A stretch of 64,000 nucleotides of DNA from Nitrospirota bacterium (GTDB taxonomy: Bacteria; Nitrospirota; UBA9217): the NCBI GenBank assembly GCA_963741205.1, contig CAVUHW010000012.1, positions 64,001-128,000 of the forward strand. The letters run 5' to 3'. Below, in pieces: positions 35,423-45,848 of this stretch (position 1 is its first letter; each line of letters starts with the position of its first letter). A program made the translations under genes and the position numbers. The notes beneath the pieces are model-generated. The model saw only the letters and a program-made list of their open reading frames with translations. It was not told the origin of the DNA and did no database searches.

Positions 35423-36464
35423 ATGAAAACGACTGTCGTGTGCGGATTATTGGGTTCAGGAAAGACGACCTTCATCAGGAATTATGTCCGGGGCTTGACC
35501 GGCAGGGTTGTGGTATTGGTCAACGATTTCGGCGCCGCAGGCATCGACGGCGAGATCTTCAGCGCCGGAGGGATCGAGGCAATAGAACTTCCGAGCGGGT
35601 GCGTTTGCTGCACGCTCAGGTTTGATCTCATCACGACAATCAGAAAGATCTCACAGGAGTTCGCGCCGGAACATCTCGTGATCGAACCAAGCGGCGTGGC
35701 CTCGCCTTCATCCGTGCTCGAAGCGCTCGAAGACGCCGGCGCGGGCCCGGCGAGCGTGGTCGGCATCGTCGATGCCGCGGAGTTTACCGAGCTCCAGGAT
35801 TCCGGCATGTACGGCAGCTTTTTCGAGGACCAGCTCAAAAGCTCCGACGTGGTTCTCGTGAACAAAACAGACATTGCTGAAGAAGAGAAGATCAGCGAAA
35901 CCATCCGCCGCATCGAGTCCATCAATCCAAGGGCGATCGTATTGCGCACCGTAAATGCCAAGACGCAGAAGGAATCGCTCCCTCTCCCTGCCGGGGAGAG
36001 GTGCCGGGGTGAGGGGTCCGGCGTTACGACGCGGGCAGGATGATCACTTTCATTTCGAGACACTGTCATTCAGGGTGAATCAGGGTGCGAAGCTTGCCGG
36101 CTTATCAGGCTTTTTTCATGATCTGGCAGCAGGACGATACGGCAACGTAGTGAGGGCAAAAGCGTTGATACAATCGGAAGAGGGCCCTTATCGTTTCGAC
36201 GTTGTTTTTGAGAGGGTTGACAAGATTCGATTCGACAACGATATCGGGGAAAGCAGGGTCGTGGTTATCGGCGAGGGGCTGAATAAACCGGCTATCGAAA
36301 GCGCTCTGCGGGAGGATGGCGTGAGGAGCCGGGAGAAGCAAGCAGCGCTAGCCGGCCGAGGGTCGCCGCTAATCTCTGCCTTTCAGAAAATGCCCATAAT
36401 GAAGCGTCTGGTCCACGATATGGGATTTTATCCTGCTGATTTGCTGTTCTCCCTGATCAGATAA
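35423..36464 (+). CDS. CobW/COG0523 metallochaperone GTPase (frameshift; end uncertain)
   Basis: GLLGSGKTT, GCVCC, IEPSG, NKTD and C-terminal RAK.. Confidence 0.88.
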
Positions 36465-37628
36465 CGGATACATCCCGGCGCCGGTAATATCGCCGATAAA
36501 CAGCACGCCGACGAGCCTTTCACCATCAGGGCTGAATACCACCTTTCGATAGGTTGATCCGGTGGCCCTCACGTGCACTTCATAATCGCTGCCTTGGTAT
36601 GAACAATGCCCATTGAGACAAAAGGCATATCAGCAACCTGAGTGGCATTCATGATCCCGAAGGTGCCGGCATAGGCAGTCTTTGCGCCTGTCATGTTATA
36701 GCCGGCGCATCTGCCCATCTCGACCGCGTTTGTCCAAAGTGCGGTCATTATCCTGTCTCCTGTCACAGGATCAAACGTGACAGCCACATCGCCGGCGGCA
36801 AAGGTATGAGGATTATTACAGGTCGTATATCTGTCCACCACGATGCCCTTGTCTGTTGCTATCCCGCTTCCGGACAGGAAATTGATATTCGGCCTCACCC
36901 CTTTTCCTATACATACCATCTGGCAAGGCATCTCGGACCCGTCGTCAAGGGAAACTCCTGTAACGCCGCTCTTATCTGAAATAATACTCTTGGCGCTGCG
37001 TGCCGGTTATTATCTTCAGCCCTGCCTTATCAAGGGCATGACGGATCAATCCGGCATCTTCGGGTTCCATAAGCTGAGAAAGGACCTCAGGAGAGTAAAC
37101 CACCAGGGTGACCTTTACTCCCAGTTCCAGAAGGGCAAATGCGGCCTTGAGATTGAGAAGTCCTCCTCCCAGCATTACTGCATGGTCAGTGCTTTCAGCC
37201 CTCTTTGCCATGGCCCTGGCATCGCTCAATTTCCGAAGGGCAAATACGCCGTATGCATCTGTTCCTTTTATCTCCGGCGGAATATAGGGGCTGCTGCCGG
37301 TCGCAAAAAGAAGCTTGTCATAGGATAACTGGTCTTTGCCGCTTATACTCACCGATCTCCGCGAGGTATCCACTGAATCAACTGTTGCTCCCGTGCGGAT
37401 CTCGATGCCTTGAGCCGTATAGGGTCCGTTGCCAGAAAGTCCTATGCCCTCTGCCTTCTTTTTACCGGTCACGACATAGGGTATCATTGGCCTGAAATAA
37501 GGCATATCCGGCTCTTCCGACAACACGGTGATAATGCCTTTCGGGTCCTTCTCCCTTATAGCCTGGGCCGCTGCCATCCCGGCAGCGCTGCCGCCTATGA
37601 TCAGGTAATCCGGATAGTCCCTTTTCAT
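36369..37628 (-). CDS. FAD/NAD(P)-dependent oxidoreductase (FNOR; frameshifted)
   Basis: IIGGSAAG, LLFATGSSP, GVRPN and FAAGDVA. Confidence 0.88.
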
Positions 37629-37629
37629 A

Positions 37630-38136
37630 TTACTCCCCTTCGCTGGCAATCATCTTGGAAGCAGCATCTTTTCTGACATCTTTCGAGAATGTCTCTACGG
37701 TCCGGTAAACCAGCGCCTTCGTCGGACATGAACTGACGCAGGCCGGGGTCTCCCTGTCCGGACACCTGTCGCACCGGTATGACTTGTGGGTCTCCAGGTG
37801 ACGGCCGATGACCCCGTACGGGCAGACCATGACGCAGGTCCAGCATCCTATGCATTTATCGGTGTCTGTGATAACGACCCCATCTTTGTTTCGGCTTATT
37901 GCCCCGCTTATGCAGGCATGCATGCAGGGCGCGTCCTCGCAGTGGCGGCATAAGATCGGCACGTTCACGTCGGGTGACACCCATTCCACATAGAGTCTAC
38001 GTTTGGGAGCGGGCTTCTCCTGCAGGGCGCCATAAAGGTTCCCGCTTTTGGAATGCGCGACTGCACAGGAGATCTCGCAGGTTTTGCATGCGGTGCATTT
38101 GCTCGTATTTACAAATATCTCTTTTGGCTCATGCAT
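37630..38136 (-). CDS. cooF: CO dehydrogenase ferredoxin-like subunit CooF
   Basis: Four Cys motifs (CTACKTCEISC, CRHCEDAPC, CIGCWTCVMVCP, CDRC..PACV..CP); directly after cooS. Confidence 0.88.
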   Translation of the reverse strand: MHEPKEIFVNTSKCTACKTCEISCAVAHSKSGNLYGALQEKPAPKRRLYVEWVSPDVNVPILCRHCEDAPCMHACISGAISRNKDGVVITDTDKCIGCWTCVMVCPYGVIGRHLETHKSYRCDRCPDRETPACVSSCPTKALVYRTVETFSKDVRKDAASKMIASEGE

Positions 38137-38160
38137 GGCATACTCCTTATGATAGTGTGT

Positions 38161-38255
38161 AACCACAGGCGAACTTCGTCGCACGCGGTAAAAAGTTTAG
38201 AACTTTTATTTATATCCGTGTTCATCGTGTGTTCTGCGAAGCAGAACCCGATGGT
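38161..38255. repeat. AACCAC..GTGGTT element, copy 3 (between cooS and cooF)
   Basis: AACCACAGG-hairpin-ACGCGGTAA ... GTGTGTTCTGCGAAGCAGAAC-CCGATGGT. Confidence 0.5.
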
Positions 38256-38256
38256 A

Positions 38257-40169
38257 TCACAGCCCCAGACCTTTCCGGCGCTCATCGATTGCACCCAAAA
38301 GTTTATCAGCCGCGGACGTGGGGTCCAGGTCAACAATAAAATACCCGCCGGTAAGCCCCTTCACCTTGTCCGTAAGGATTTCAGTGACCGCCGGGCTGCC
38401 GAGAACGGGCAGCATGACCCCGACATGGGTGGGCAGTCCGGCGGCTACTGCATATACGCCGATGGACACGGCTTTTTCGGATACCGCCTCGGGCGCAGAC
38501 GCAACAACGGGCAGTTTGTCGGTATCCACGCCGAGGTAATTGGCAAGTGCAACGACGATCGCCACGGCGCGCGAGTTGTCAACGCAGGACCCCAGATGCA
38601 GCACCGGGGGAAGCGGGCCGCCCAGCCCGTTTGCTTCTCCTATGGCTGTAAGAACAGCCTTCAGTCCGTCTCCGCACAGCTGGCTGTATTGGCCGGGTCC
38701 ATGAAACCGTGTCTCATCAGCGCGCCGGCGCCGCATCCCGTAGCCACGACGAGAACGTTTTCCTTGAGCAGTTTCTCGGCCATGATCTTGAAGTTCCTGT
38801 CCTGCGGAACCTTGACGTTATTGCATCCGGCAAACAGGCACACGCCCCTGATGTTGCCGTTTTTGATATTATCGACGAGCGGCTTCAGGGGGTCTTTGGC
38901 ATCGACTTTTGCAAGCGCCGCGACTATCGATTCAGTCGAGAAGCCTGCCACGACGTTGCTTTCGACGTTCGGAATGTCAACCGGTTTGCCTTTTCTTTTC
39001 TTGAAGCCTGCGATGGCCGCCCTCACAACCTCTTTGGCCTTTTCAGCAGCAGCCTCTTCCGTAAATTCGATGTGCTCGGCGCCGGTAATCTTGCAGATGT
39101 CCATGGTCGTTATAACTTTCGAGCCCATGCATTCCGCAACGGTCACGAGAGAAGGCATGATGCATTGATAGTCAACGACGATCGCATCGACGGCGCCGGT
39201 CAGAAGGGCCATCTCCTGGCTTACCGAATGCGTGCAGGAAGGAATGGCATGCCGTTCCAGGAGTTCATTTCCCGTACAGCATATGCCCACGACATTTACG
39301 CCTTTGGCCCCGGCGGCAACAGCTTCCTGCTTCATATCTGCGGCAACTGTTACGATCATTTCAGAAAGCACAGGGTTATGCCCGTGGGCGGCGATATTGA
39401 CCATGTCCGCCTTCAGCGTTCCCATATTGGCTTTTGATACCACGGGAGTGGGCGTTCCGAACAGGATATCCGCAAGGTCGGTGCCCATATAGCATCCGGC
39501 AAGGTCTGCAACTCCGCACCTGATGCCGGCGAGAAGCAGATTCACTGCGTCGGCATCTACCCCGTACAGCGTTCGATGCATGATCTCCGAAACCTCTGAG
39601 TCTATTCCCTTCGGCACGGCCCCTATCGCGGAGAGGGCCTTTACGCGGCCCGCGGTCACCACCGTGGCTGCCCATAGTACCGGGGTATCCTTCTCGCCAA
39701 AGTCAGCCAGGGCGGCAGATGCCACATCCTTTGCGATCTCCATATCCTTTCTTCCTTCAACAGGAAGGCCGAGCCGGGTTGCAACTGCCTTCAGCTTTGC
39801 CGGGTCCTTTATTTTGTAATCAGGCGCCTGGCCCTTGGCCATCTTCATCATGGTGTGCGCAAGGTGTTTGGCGTGCCCGGAGTGGGCGGCTGTGCCCGCG
39901 GCAATGGCCCTGTCCAGCCACCGGGCAACCATGACATCGGCAGTACAGCCGCATATGCCCGTCTTCGGCTCCTCCCCGAAAGGATTTATCCTGCAAGGCC
40001 CCTGGAGGCAATTGCGGCAGCAAAGCCCCGTATCACCATAGCCGCATTGAGGGGTCATGGCCTCGTACCGGTCCCATACCGTTGTTATCCCCTTCTCCTT
40101 CGCCTTCGCGATCATCTGCTGGACAGCAGGATCAAGGCTCTTGCTCTCAAATGACTTGTCGGCTGACAT
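38257..40169 (-). CDS. cooS: Anaerobic Ni,Fe carbon monoxide dehydrogenase catalytic subunit (frameshift near 38690)
   Basis: PQC..GLCCRNCLQGPCRI..GICG; C-cluster ligands GHNP, CCTG, DYQC, AGCN, TGCG, GSCVDN; SEKA. Confidence 0.96.
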
Positions 40170-40515
40170 GACGACCTCCTTTTTATTTATCAGATAGATC
40201 TGGCATATAAAAATGTTTTTAGTTAAGGGATGCTGGTATGAAAAGCAGCGTGATACAACCGATATATCCACTCTTGAACAATTAGACAACGATCCCGGGA
40301 GCGGCTATCGGTCGATCATCGGAAAGATGAAATCCCTGGTTGGACGAAACCTCTTGCTAAGAACAGGAGGTTAATATGACTTGTGTAAATGGTAGCAGAT
40401 TATAGCAGTTTTGTCGACTGCAAAGAGAGATTCGCGGTTCGACGAATACTTGATAACTAGTCCTTAGGTTTTATGAAAGTGCATACGGTTATTTTCTCAT
40501 GTCGACCTCCTGTAA

Positions 40516-41436
40516 TTATCTGCAAAACGAGGTTCCCTGCATCTGCAACATTGCCGGGGGCTCGCACTCGATCACAATCCCTTCACCGGTGGCAGGATGG
40601 ATAAAGCTCAGTTCAGCAGCATGAAGATGATAGCCCGGATCGCCAGGCACTGCGCGCTGATCCTGCAGGGGTATTCCACCGATGCCGTACAACGGGTCGC
40701 CCACGAGCGGGTGACCTGCTGCCGCAAGATGGATCCGGATCTGGTGAGGCCGGCCCGTGGCAATGCGCACATCACACAGGAAAGAATCTGTGCGCCGTTC
40801 GAGGACGCTTACCTGTGAAAGGGAGGGCTTGCCGTGCGGCGCTGCAGCATGGATTGAACCGAGCAGGGCGTGCGGCACCCGGCCGATGGGCGCGGTAATC
40901 GTGATCTCATCCCATGCCGGAACCCCGCCAGCAAGCGCGCGGTAGCGCTTCCCAACCTTTTTTCCCGACCATTGCCGCATCAGGGCAGCCCGGGTCTTCT
41001 GGTTTCGCGCGCAAAGCACGACCCCTGATGTCCACCGTCCCAAGCGATGAACAGGAGCGGCATCAGTCGCGTAGGCGCGGACCAGGTGCAAGAGCGTTGC
41101 GGTCAGAAAGTTTGCGCCCGGAAGCGTGGGCAAACCGGCCGGCTTGGCCACTGCAAGGAGGTCGTCGTCTTCGTACAGGACCGAAAAAGTGCGGGGAGCA
41201 TCCGGTTCGATCCAGGGAGGCCGCTGCCAGACCAGGACGGATCCTTTGCGCAGTACGGACTCGGTATTCGCGGGCAGGGAATCGATGAACACCTGTCCCG
41301 CTGCGATACGCTCCGTCCATTCCTGGGCGGTAGAGTGGCGGTAGCGTTGGCTCAGATAAGCCAACACCGTCCGCCCGTCTGCATCAGGGCCGAGCTGTTC
41401 GCGGTATTCACAGCCTTTGTTAAGGATCGTCTTCAT
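40516..41436 (-). CDS. RluA-family pseudouridine synthase
   Basis: KPAGL, VHRLGRWTSG and TGRPHQIRIH. Confidence 0.88.
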   Translation of the reverse strand: MKTILNKGCEYREQLGPDADGRTVLAYLSQRYRHSTAQEWTERIAAGQVFIDSLPANTESVLRKGSVLVWQRPPWIEPDAPRTFSVLYEDDDLLAVAKPAGLPTLPGANFLTATLLHLVRAYATDAAPVHRLGRWTSGVVLCARNQKTRAALMRQWSGKKVGKRYRALAGGVPAWDEITITAPIGRVPHALLGSIHAAAPHGKPSLSQVSVLERRTDSFLCDVRIATGRPHQIRIHLAAAGHPLVGDPLYGIGGIPLQDQRAVPGDPGYHLHAAELSFIHPATGEGIVIECEPPAMLQMQGTSFCR

Positions 41437-41579
41437 GGTCGCGCATTCACCTTGTTACAAACAGCCGGGTATAGGCAGCGAGCAAAACTGCCAAACCAGT
41501 CCAAGCCATCTTTCATAACTCGTGCGCCAGTTACAAATCAAAAAATATTTAGAACAACGAGGCGTTATGATCAGCACGG

Positions 41580-42153
41580 TCATGGCGCGAAGACTTTCAT
41601 CTTGATCGCCTCGATATCCGCTTTCCTTATGTATTTCTGAATGTTCTTGTATATCGAGTGATATCCATACCCGCCGTGCATCAGCTCATCGATCGCTTCG
41701 TTCTTCAACCATCCCTGGAACACGATCAGGTACATCGCGCTGATGAGGCCCGTGCGGTCCGAACCATGCCAGCAGTGGATCAGGATGGGACCGTCGGAAA
41801 TGCTGATGATCCTGAGCGATTCAATCACGTTATTGTCCGTGATCTCGCCCGTCTCCATTGCGACACGATAAAGCTTCAGTCTGGTCCCTCGTGCATCGTT
41901 GTCGTCAAAATGATGGTTGCGAAGGTTCAGAACGCTCCTAATTCCCAGCTGCTCAATCTGCCGGAATCCCTTCCTGTCCGGCTGGGTCGAGCGCTAGACC
42001 TTGTCGTCAAGCCGATAAAAATTTCCCGGGGCATCGGATGATACGGGCGCAGCCCACTTCTCCGGTCGGGTCTGCTGTTCTGTTGCCGAAAGTACTGCGG
42101 CGGAGAAAAGGATTATGAGATATGGAGAAATGCTTCAATATGGCTTTGTTCAT
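41580..42153 (-). CDS. Exported protein-tyrosine/dual-specificity phosphatase (frameshifted)
   Basis: HCWHGSDRTG (CX5R); upstream frames give WAAPV, NFYRL and VLNLR. Confidence 0.8.
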
Positions 42154-42661
42154 TATTCGTCGCTCCTTTCGCCGGGATGAGCCGGGGATTGTGCTCCCGA
42201 CAATAACCTTCAGGATGTTTTATATGGTAAGAGTCGATCTTGCCCCGCACGTGCGATCGCTCATCATCGGTCAGCGGTCCGTATCCCCGGCCATAGGGCC
42301 AGCCATAGGCCCAGCGGTACCACATGGGGAAAGCAGGGTGGCCGCCGACGCGCACACCGAGATACATTGTTTCGGCCAGGACTTTGTGGCCCGTTCGTTC
42401 CTGCACGCATTCTCGCAGCCTTTCATCCGCTTTCCTGCGTTCATCGGCTGTTCCGCCCTGTCAGTAACTGGTGTCATGCTCCAGACAGCAGTCGCACAAG
42501 CGGTCTCTTAACGGGCCGTTTATGAACAGGCTGCATACATCGCTCGTGAAGTCTTTCAGGTCTACGGTGGCAGCCGATGAGCATGCCGCAGGGAAAAGGG
42601 AGACCAGGAAAACAATCATGAAAAATCGTGCATTATGTGTGCGTTGGGTTCGTTGTATCAT
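42113..42661 (-). CDS. Hypothetical secreted protein with phospholipase A2-like motif (frameshift)
   Basis: FTSDVCS..CCLEHD.SYWQGG..R.KADERL.ECV..MYLGVRVGG..RWAYGW. Confidence 0.6.
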
Positions 42662-42928
42662 GGCCTCGGTCAGTATGTTGCCATGCTTGCAGCTGATTTT
42701 ATGCCGATCGCCGCCGGGAAATCCGCCAGGAGCATATCGGGAGCACACTGGGTTGATGTGGCTTCCGACGAGAGAATGCCGAAAAATCGCTGATGCCCGT
42801 TCTCGGGTCATGTGGCTAAATACGTCCTGAATAATAATCATTCGTTTCGCATTGTGAGATCAACGAATGCGATTTGCAGTTGACAGGGGTCTATAGGATG
42901 TCCCCAAGATGCACATTCAAGATTCATC

Positions 42929-44320
42929 TCACTCAGGCTTGATGTTCTGGTTCATCCGGAAGAAGTTCGTCGGGTCGTACTTTTTCTTGAGCGCGACGAG
43001 CCTGACGTACTTCGCCGGGCCGTACGCGGCCCTGACCCTGTCCTCCCCTTCTTCTCCCAGGAAGTTCACGTAAACTCCGCCGGTCGAAAAGGGCCTCATC
43101 GCGGCCTCAAAATCCCTGGTCCACTGGATGTGTTTCTCCGATTCCCGGGGCTCCGCCCACTTGGTGACGATGTTGAGCGCGCACAAGGCATCGCGGTGGC
43201 TGAAGGCCATCTCGTCTTCACCTGTTTTTTGCACCGCTCCTCCCATGTGCTGGAGATGCACCTGTGACAGGGGCGATGTAATGGCCGCGGAACAGCGCGC
43301 AAGCATATCAATCGCCTCGTCGCTGAGACTTTTCAGATGGGATGATTTCCAGTAATTAAGTTGATACGGCGGCGCGCCGGGATCGAGCATGGACTGCAGT
43401 TCGACATAGGGCATTTGCCTTATCGCATCCAGAAGCGGCGGGCCGAACTGCCGGAGCGGCTTCAGAACCTTGTCCCCCTTTTCCATGGGGCCGGTGTAAC
43501 ATACATGAATAGCCGTCACGGGTCCGCCGTTAAGAAGTTTGTAGAGGGCCGGATTCGGTGAGGCTGCCATATAGGCGAACATCGTGGTAAGTTCATCGGG
43601 AATGGTAGCAATATAGTCGCGATAGAACCTCAGGACCTCGCGGCATTTTGAGGCGGGATAATAAACGCTGCCTGCCAGGACAGCGGGACCGACCTCATGA
43701 AGCCGGTAGACAAATTCGGTCACAATGCCGAAGTTTCCTCCCCCGCCCCGAACACCCCAGAAGAGGTCCTGGTTTTTTTCGGCGCTTGCGGTCACAAGCC
43801 GCCCTTCGGCGGTGACCATGTTGACGGAAAGGAGGTTGTCGCAGGTAACGCCGAACTTCCGCATGAGCCAGCCGATGCCGCCGCCCAGAGTCAGCCCGGC
43901 AATTCCCGTACGCGAGACGATCCCGCCCGTAGTAGCGAGAGCATAGGCCTGTGTCGCGCGGTCTAATTCTCCCCAGGTCAGTCCTGCCTGGGCACGGACA
44001 ATACGGGATGCGGCATTCACCTCGATCCCCTTCATTCTCGAGAGGTCGATTACGATCCCGCCATCACAGACCGAGTTTCCGGCAACATTGTGCCCGCCGC
44101 TGCGAACGGCCGCGAGCAGACCGTGGGTCTTCGCAAACTGAACCGACTTGATCACGTCGCCGGCGTCCGCACAATAGGCGATCATCGCGGGATGCCTGTC
44201 TATCATGCCGTTCCATACCCTGCGGCCCGTGTCGTAGCCTGCGTCACCGGGCAGGACCAGCTCCCCCTGCAGGGCGTTTCCGAATTCTCGCACGATTTTT
44301 TCTGAAGGGATTGTGGCCAT
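42929..44320 (-). CDS. FAD-linked oxidase, VAO/berberine-bridge family
   Basis: RSGGHN, GLTLGGG, GGGGNFGIVT and YVNF..KYDPTNFF. Confidence 0.92.
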   Translation of the reverse strand: MATIPSEKIVREFGNALQGELVLPGDAGYDTGRRVWNGMIDRHPAMIAYCADAGDVIKSVQFAKTHGLLAAVRSGGHNVAGNSVCDGGIVIDLSRMKGIEVNAASRIVRAQAGLTWGELDRATQAYALATTGGIVSRTGIAGLTLGGGIGWLMRKFGVTCDNLLSVNMVTAEGRLVTASAEKNQDLFWGVRGGGGNFGIVTEFVYRLHEVGPAVLAGSVYYPASKCREVLRFYRDYIATIPDELTTMFAYMAASPNPALYKLLNGGPVTAIHVCYTGPMEKGDKVLKPLRQFGPPLLDAIRQMPYVELQSMLDPGAPPYQLNYWKSSHLKSLSDEAIDMLARCSAAITSPLSQVHLQHMGGAVQKTGEDEMAFSHRDALCALNIVTKWAEPRESEKHIQWTRDFEAAMRPFSTGGVYVNFLGEEGEDRVRAAYGPAKYVRLVALKKKYDPTNFFRMNQNIKPE

Positions 44321-44343
44321 GGGATGAAGAATGCTCTGCAGCG

Positions 44344-45690
44344 TCAGGAACTGATGCCGTATTTCTTCAATTTCAGGTAGAGGGTCTTGCGGTCGATGCC
44401 CAGAAGCTGGCTCGCCTTTGACTGGTTGCCGCCAGCTTCCTTGAGGACCCGGAGGATGTAGTTCTTTTCCATCTCTTCGAGGGAAGGGTTGACGCTCATG
44501 TCCGCGACCGCGTCGTAGGAGGAGATGGAGAGGTCTTCGGCCCCGATGGTGCCGGATTCGCAGACGATCACCGCCCGTTCGATCACGTTCTCAAGCTCCC
44601 GCACGTTTCCCGGCCAGCGGTATGCCGAGAGGAGTTCCAGGGCCTCGGCGGTGAAGTCCGTGATGGGCTTGGCCAGCTTCTTCGCGTACTTCGCGAGGAA
44701 ATGGCGCGCAAGCTCGGCGATGTCCTCCCTCCGCTCCCGGAGCGGCGGGATGGCGATGTTGATCACGTTCAGCCGGTAGTAGAGGTCTTCGCGGAAGGCC
44801 CCGGTCTTGATCACGGCCGAGAGGTCCTTGTTCGTGGCGGCGATCACGCGCACGTCCACGCGGAGGTTCTTGTTGCCTCCCACGCGCCGGAACTCGCCGG
44901 AATCGAGGAACCTGAGGAGCTTCGCCTGCAGCCCGATGGGCATCTCGCCGATCTCGTCCAGAAAGAGCGTACCCTTGTCGGCGACCTCCACGAGGCCGTG
45001 CTTGGTCTGAAAGGCGCTGGTAAATGCGCCTTTCTCGTGGCCGAAGATCTCGGACTCGATGAGGTTTTCCGAGAGCGCCGCGCAGTTCAGGGCGATGATG
45101 GGCATGTCCTTCCGTTTGCTGTAATGCCAGACCGTGTTCGCGACGAGCTCCTTGCCGGTCCCGCTCTCGCCCTGGATGAAGACCGGCGAGTCCGTGGGCC
45201 CCACCTTCTGGATGAGCGCGAGGATCTCCTGGACCTGCCTGCTCCTGCCGATGAATTCGAAGGGCGATTCCTGCCTGACCAGCTCCTGTTCGAGGAGCTT
45301 GCTCTTGACGGAAAGCCTGCTGAACTCATAGGCCCGGTCGACGACGATCACGAGCTCGTCGAGCTTGTAGGGCTTGGTGAGGTAGTCGAAGGCGCCGTTT
45401 TTCATGGCCTCCACGGCGGTCTCCACCGTTGCCTTGCCCGTGAGCACGATGATCGCGGGGGCCCCCGAGTCCTCCTTCAGCTTCTTCATGAGCGAGATCC
45501 CGTCCACCCCGGGCATGACGACGTCCAGGAGGATCACGTCGAAGGAGCGGTCGCGCAGAAGCCGCAGGGCCTCGCTCCCGTCGGGGGCGACTTCGACGGC
45601 GTATCCCTTGCGGGTCAGTTCTTTTTTCAGGAGCCTTCTGAAGGGCTCTTCGTCGTCCACGACGAGAATGTTGATCATAGATATCGACAC
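44344..45690 (-). CDS. NtrC-family sigma-54 response regulator
   Basis: Receiver domain, GESGTGKE, GAFTSA, LFLDEIG, WPGNVREL and Fis HTH. Confidence 0.95.
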   Translation of the reverse strand: MSISMINILVVDDEEPFRRLLKKELTRKGYAVEVAPDGSEALRLLRDRSFDVILLDVVMPGVDGISLMKKLKEDSGAPAIIVLTGKATVETAVEAMKNGAFDYLTKPYKLDELVIVVDRAYEFSRLSVKSKLLEQELVRQESPFEFIGRSRQVQEILALIQKVGPTDSPVFIQGESGTGKELVANTVWHYSKRKDMPIIALNCAALSENLIESEIFGHEKGAFTSAFQTKHGLVEVADKGTLFLDEIGEMPIGLQAKLLRFLDSGEFRRVGGNKNLRVDVRVIAATNKDLSAVIKTGAFREDLYYRLNVINIAIPPLRERREDIAELARHFLAKYAKKLAKPITDFTAEALELLSAYRWPGNVRELENVIERAVIVCESGTIGAEDLSISSYDAVADMSVNPSLEEMEKNYILRVLKEAGGNQSKASQLLGIDRKTLYLKLKKYGISS

Positions 45691-45848
45691 TGACCACTCC
45701 GAAATGACAGATATCGGATCTGACAGGCTAACTACGGATAACTCGATTATTCAACGGGACCTTTACTGATCGAATGCGTTTGCAAGCTCTGTCATTCGGT
45801 ATTGTATCTCGTAAACGCTGGATTCAGTCAGTGATGACGTGTCGGTTT

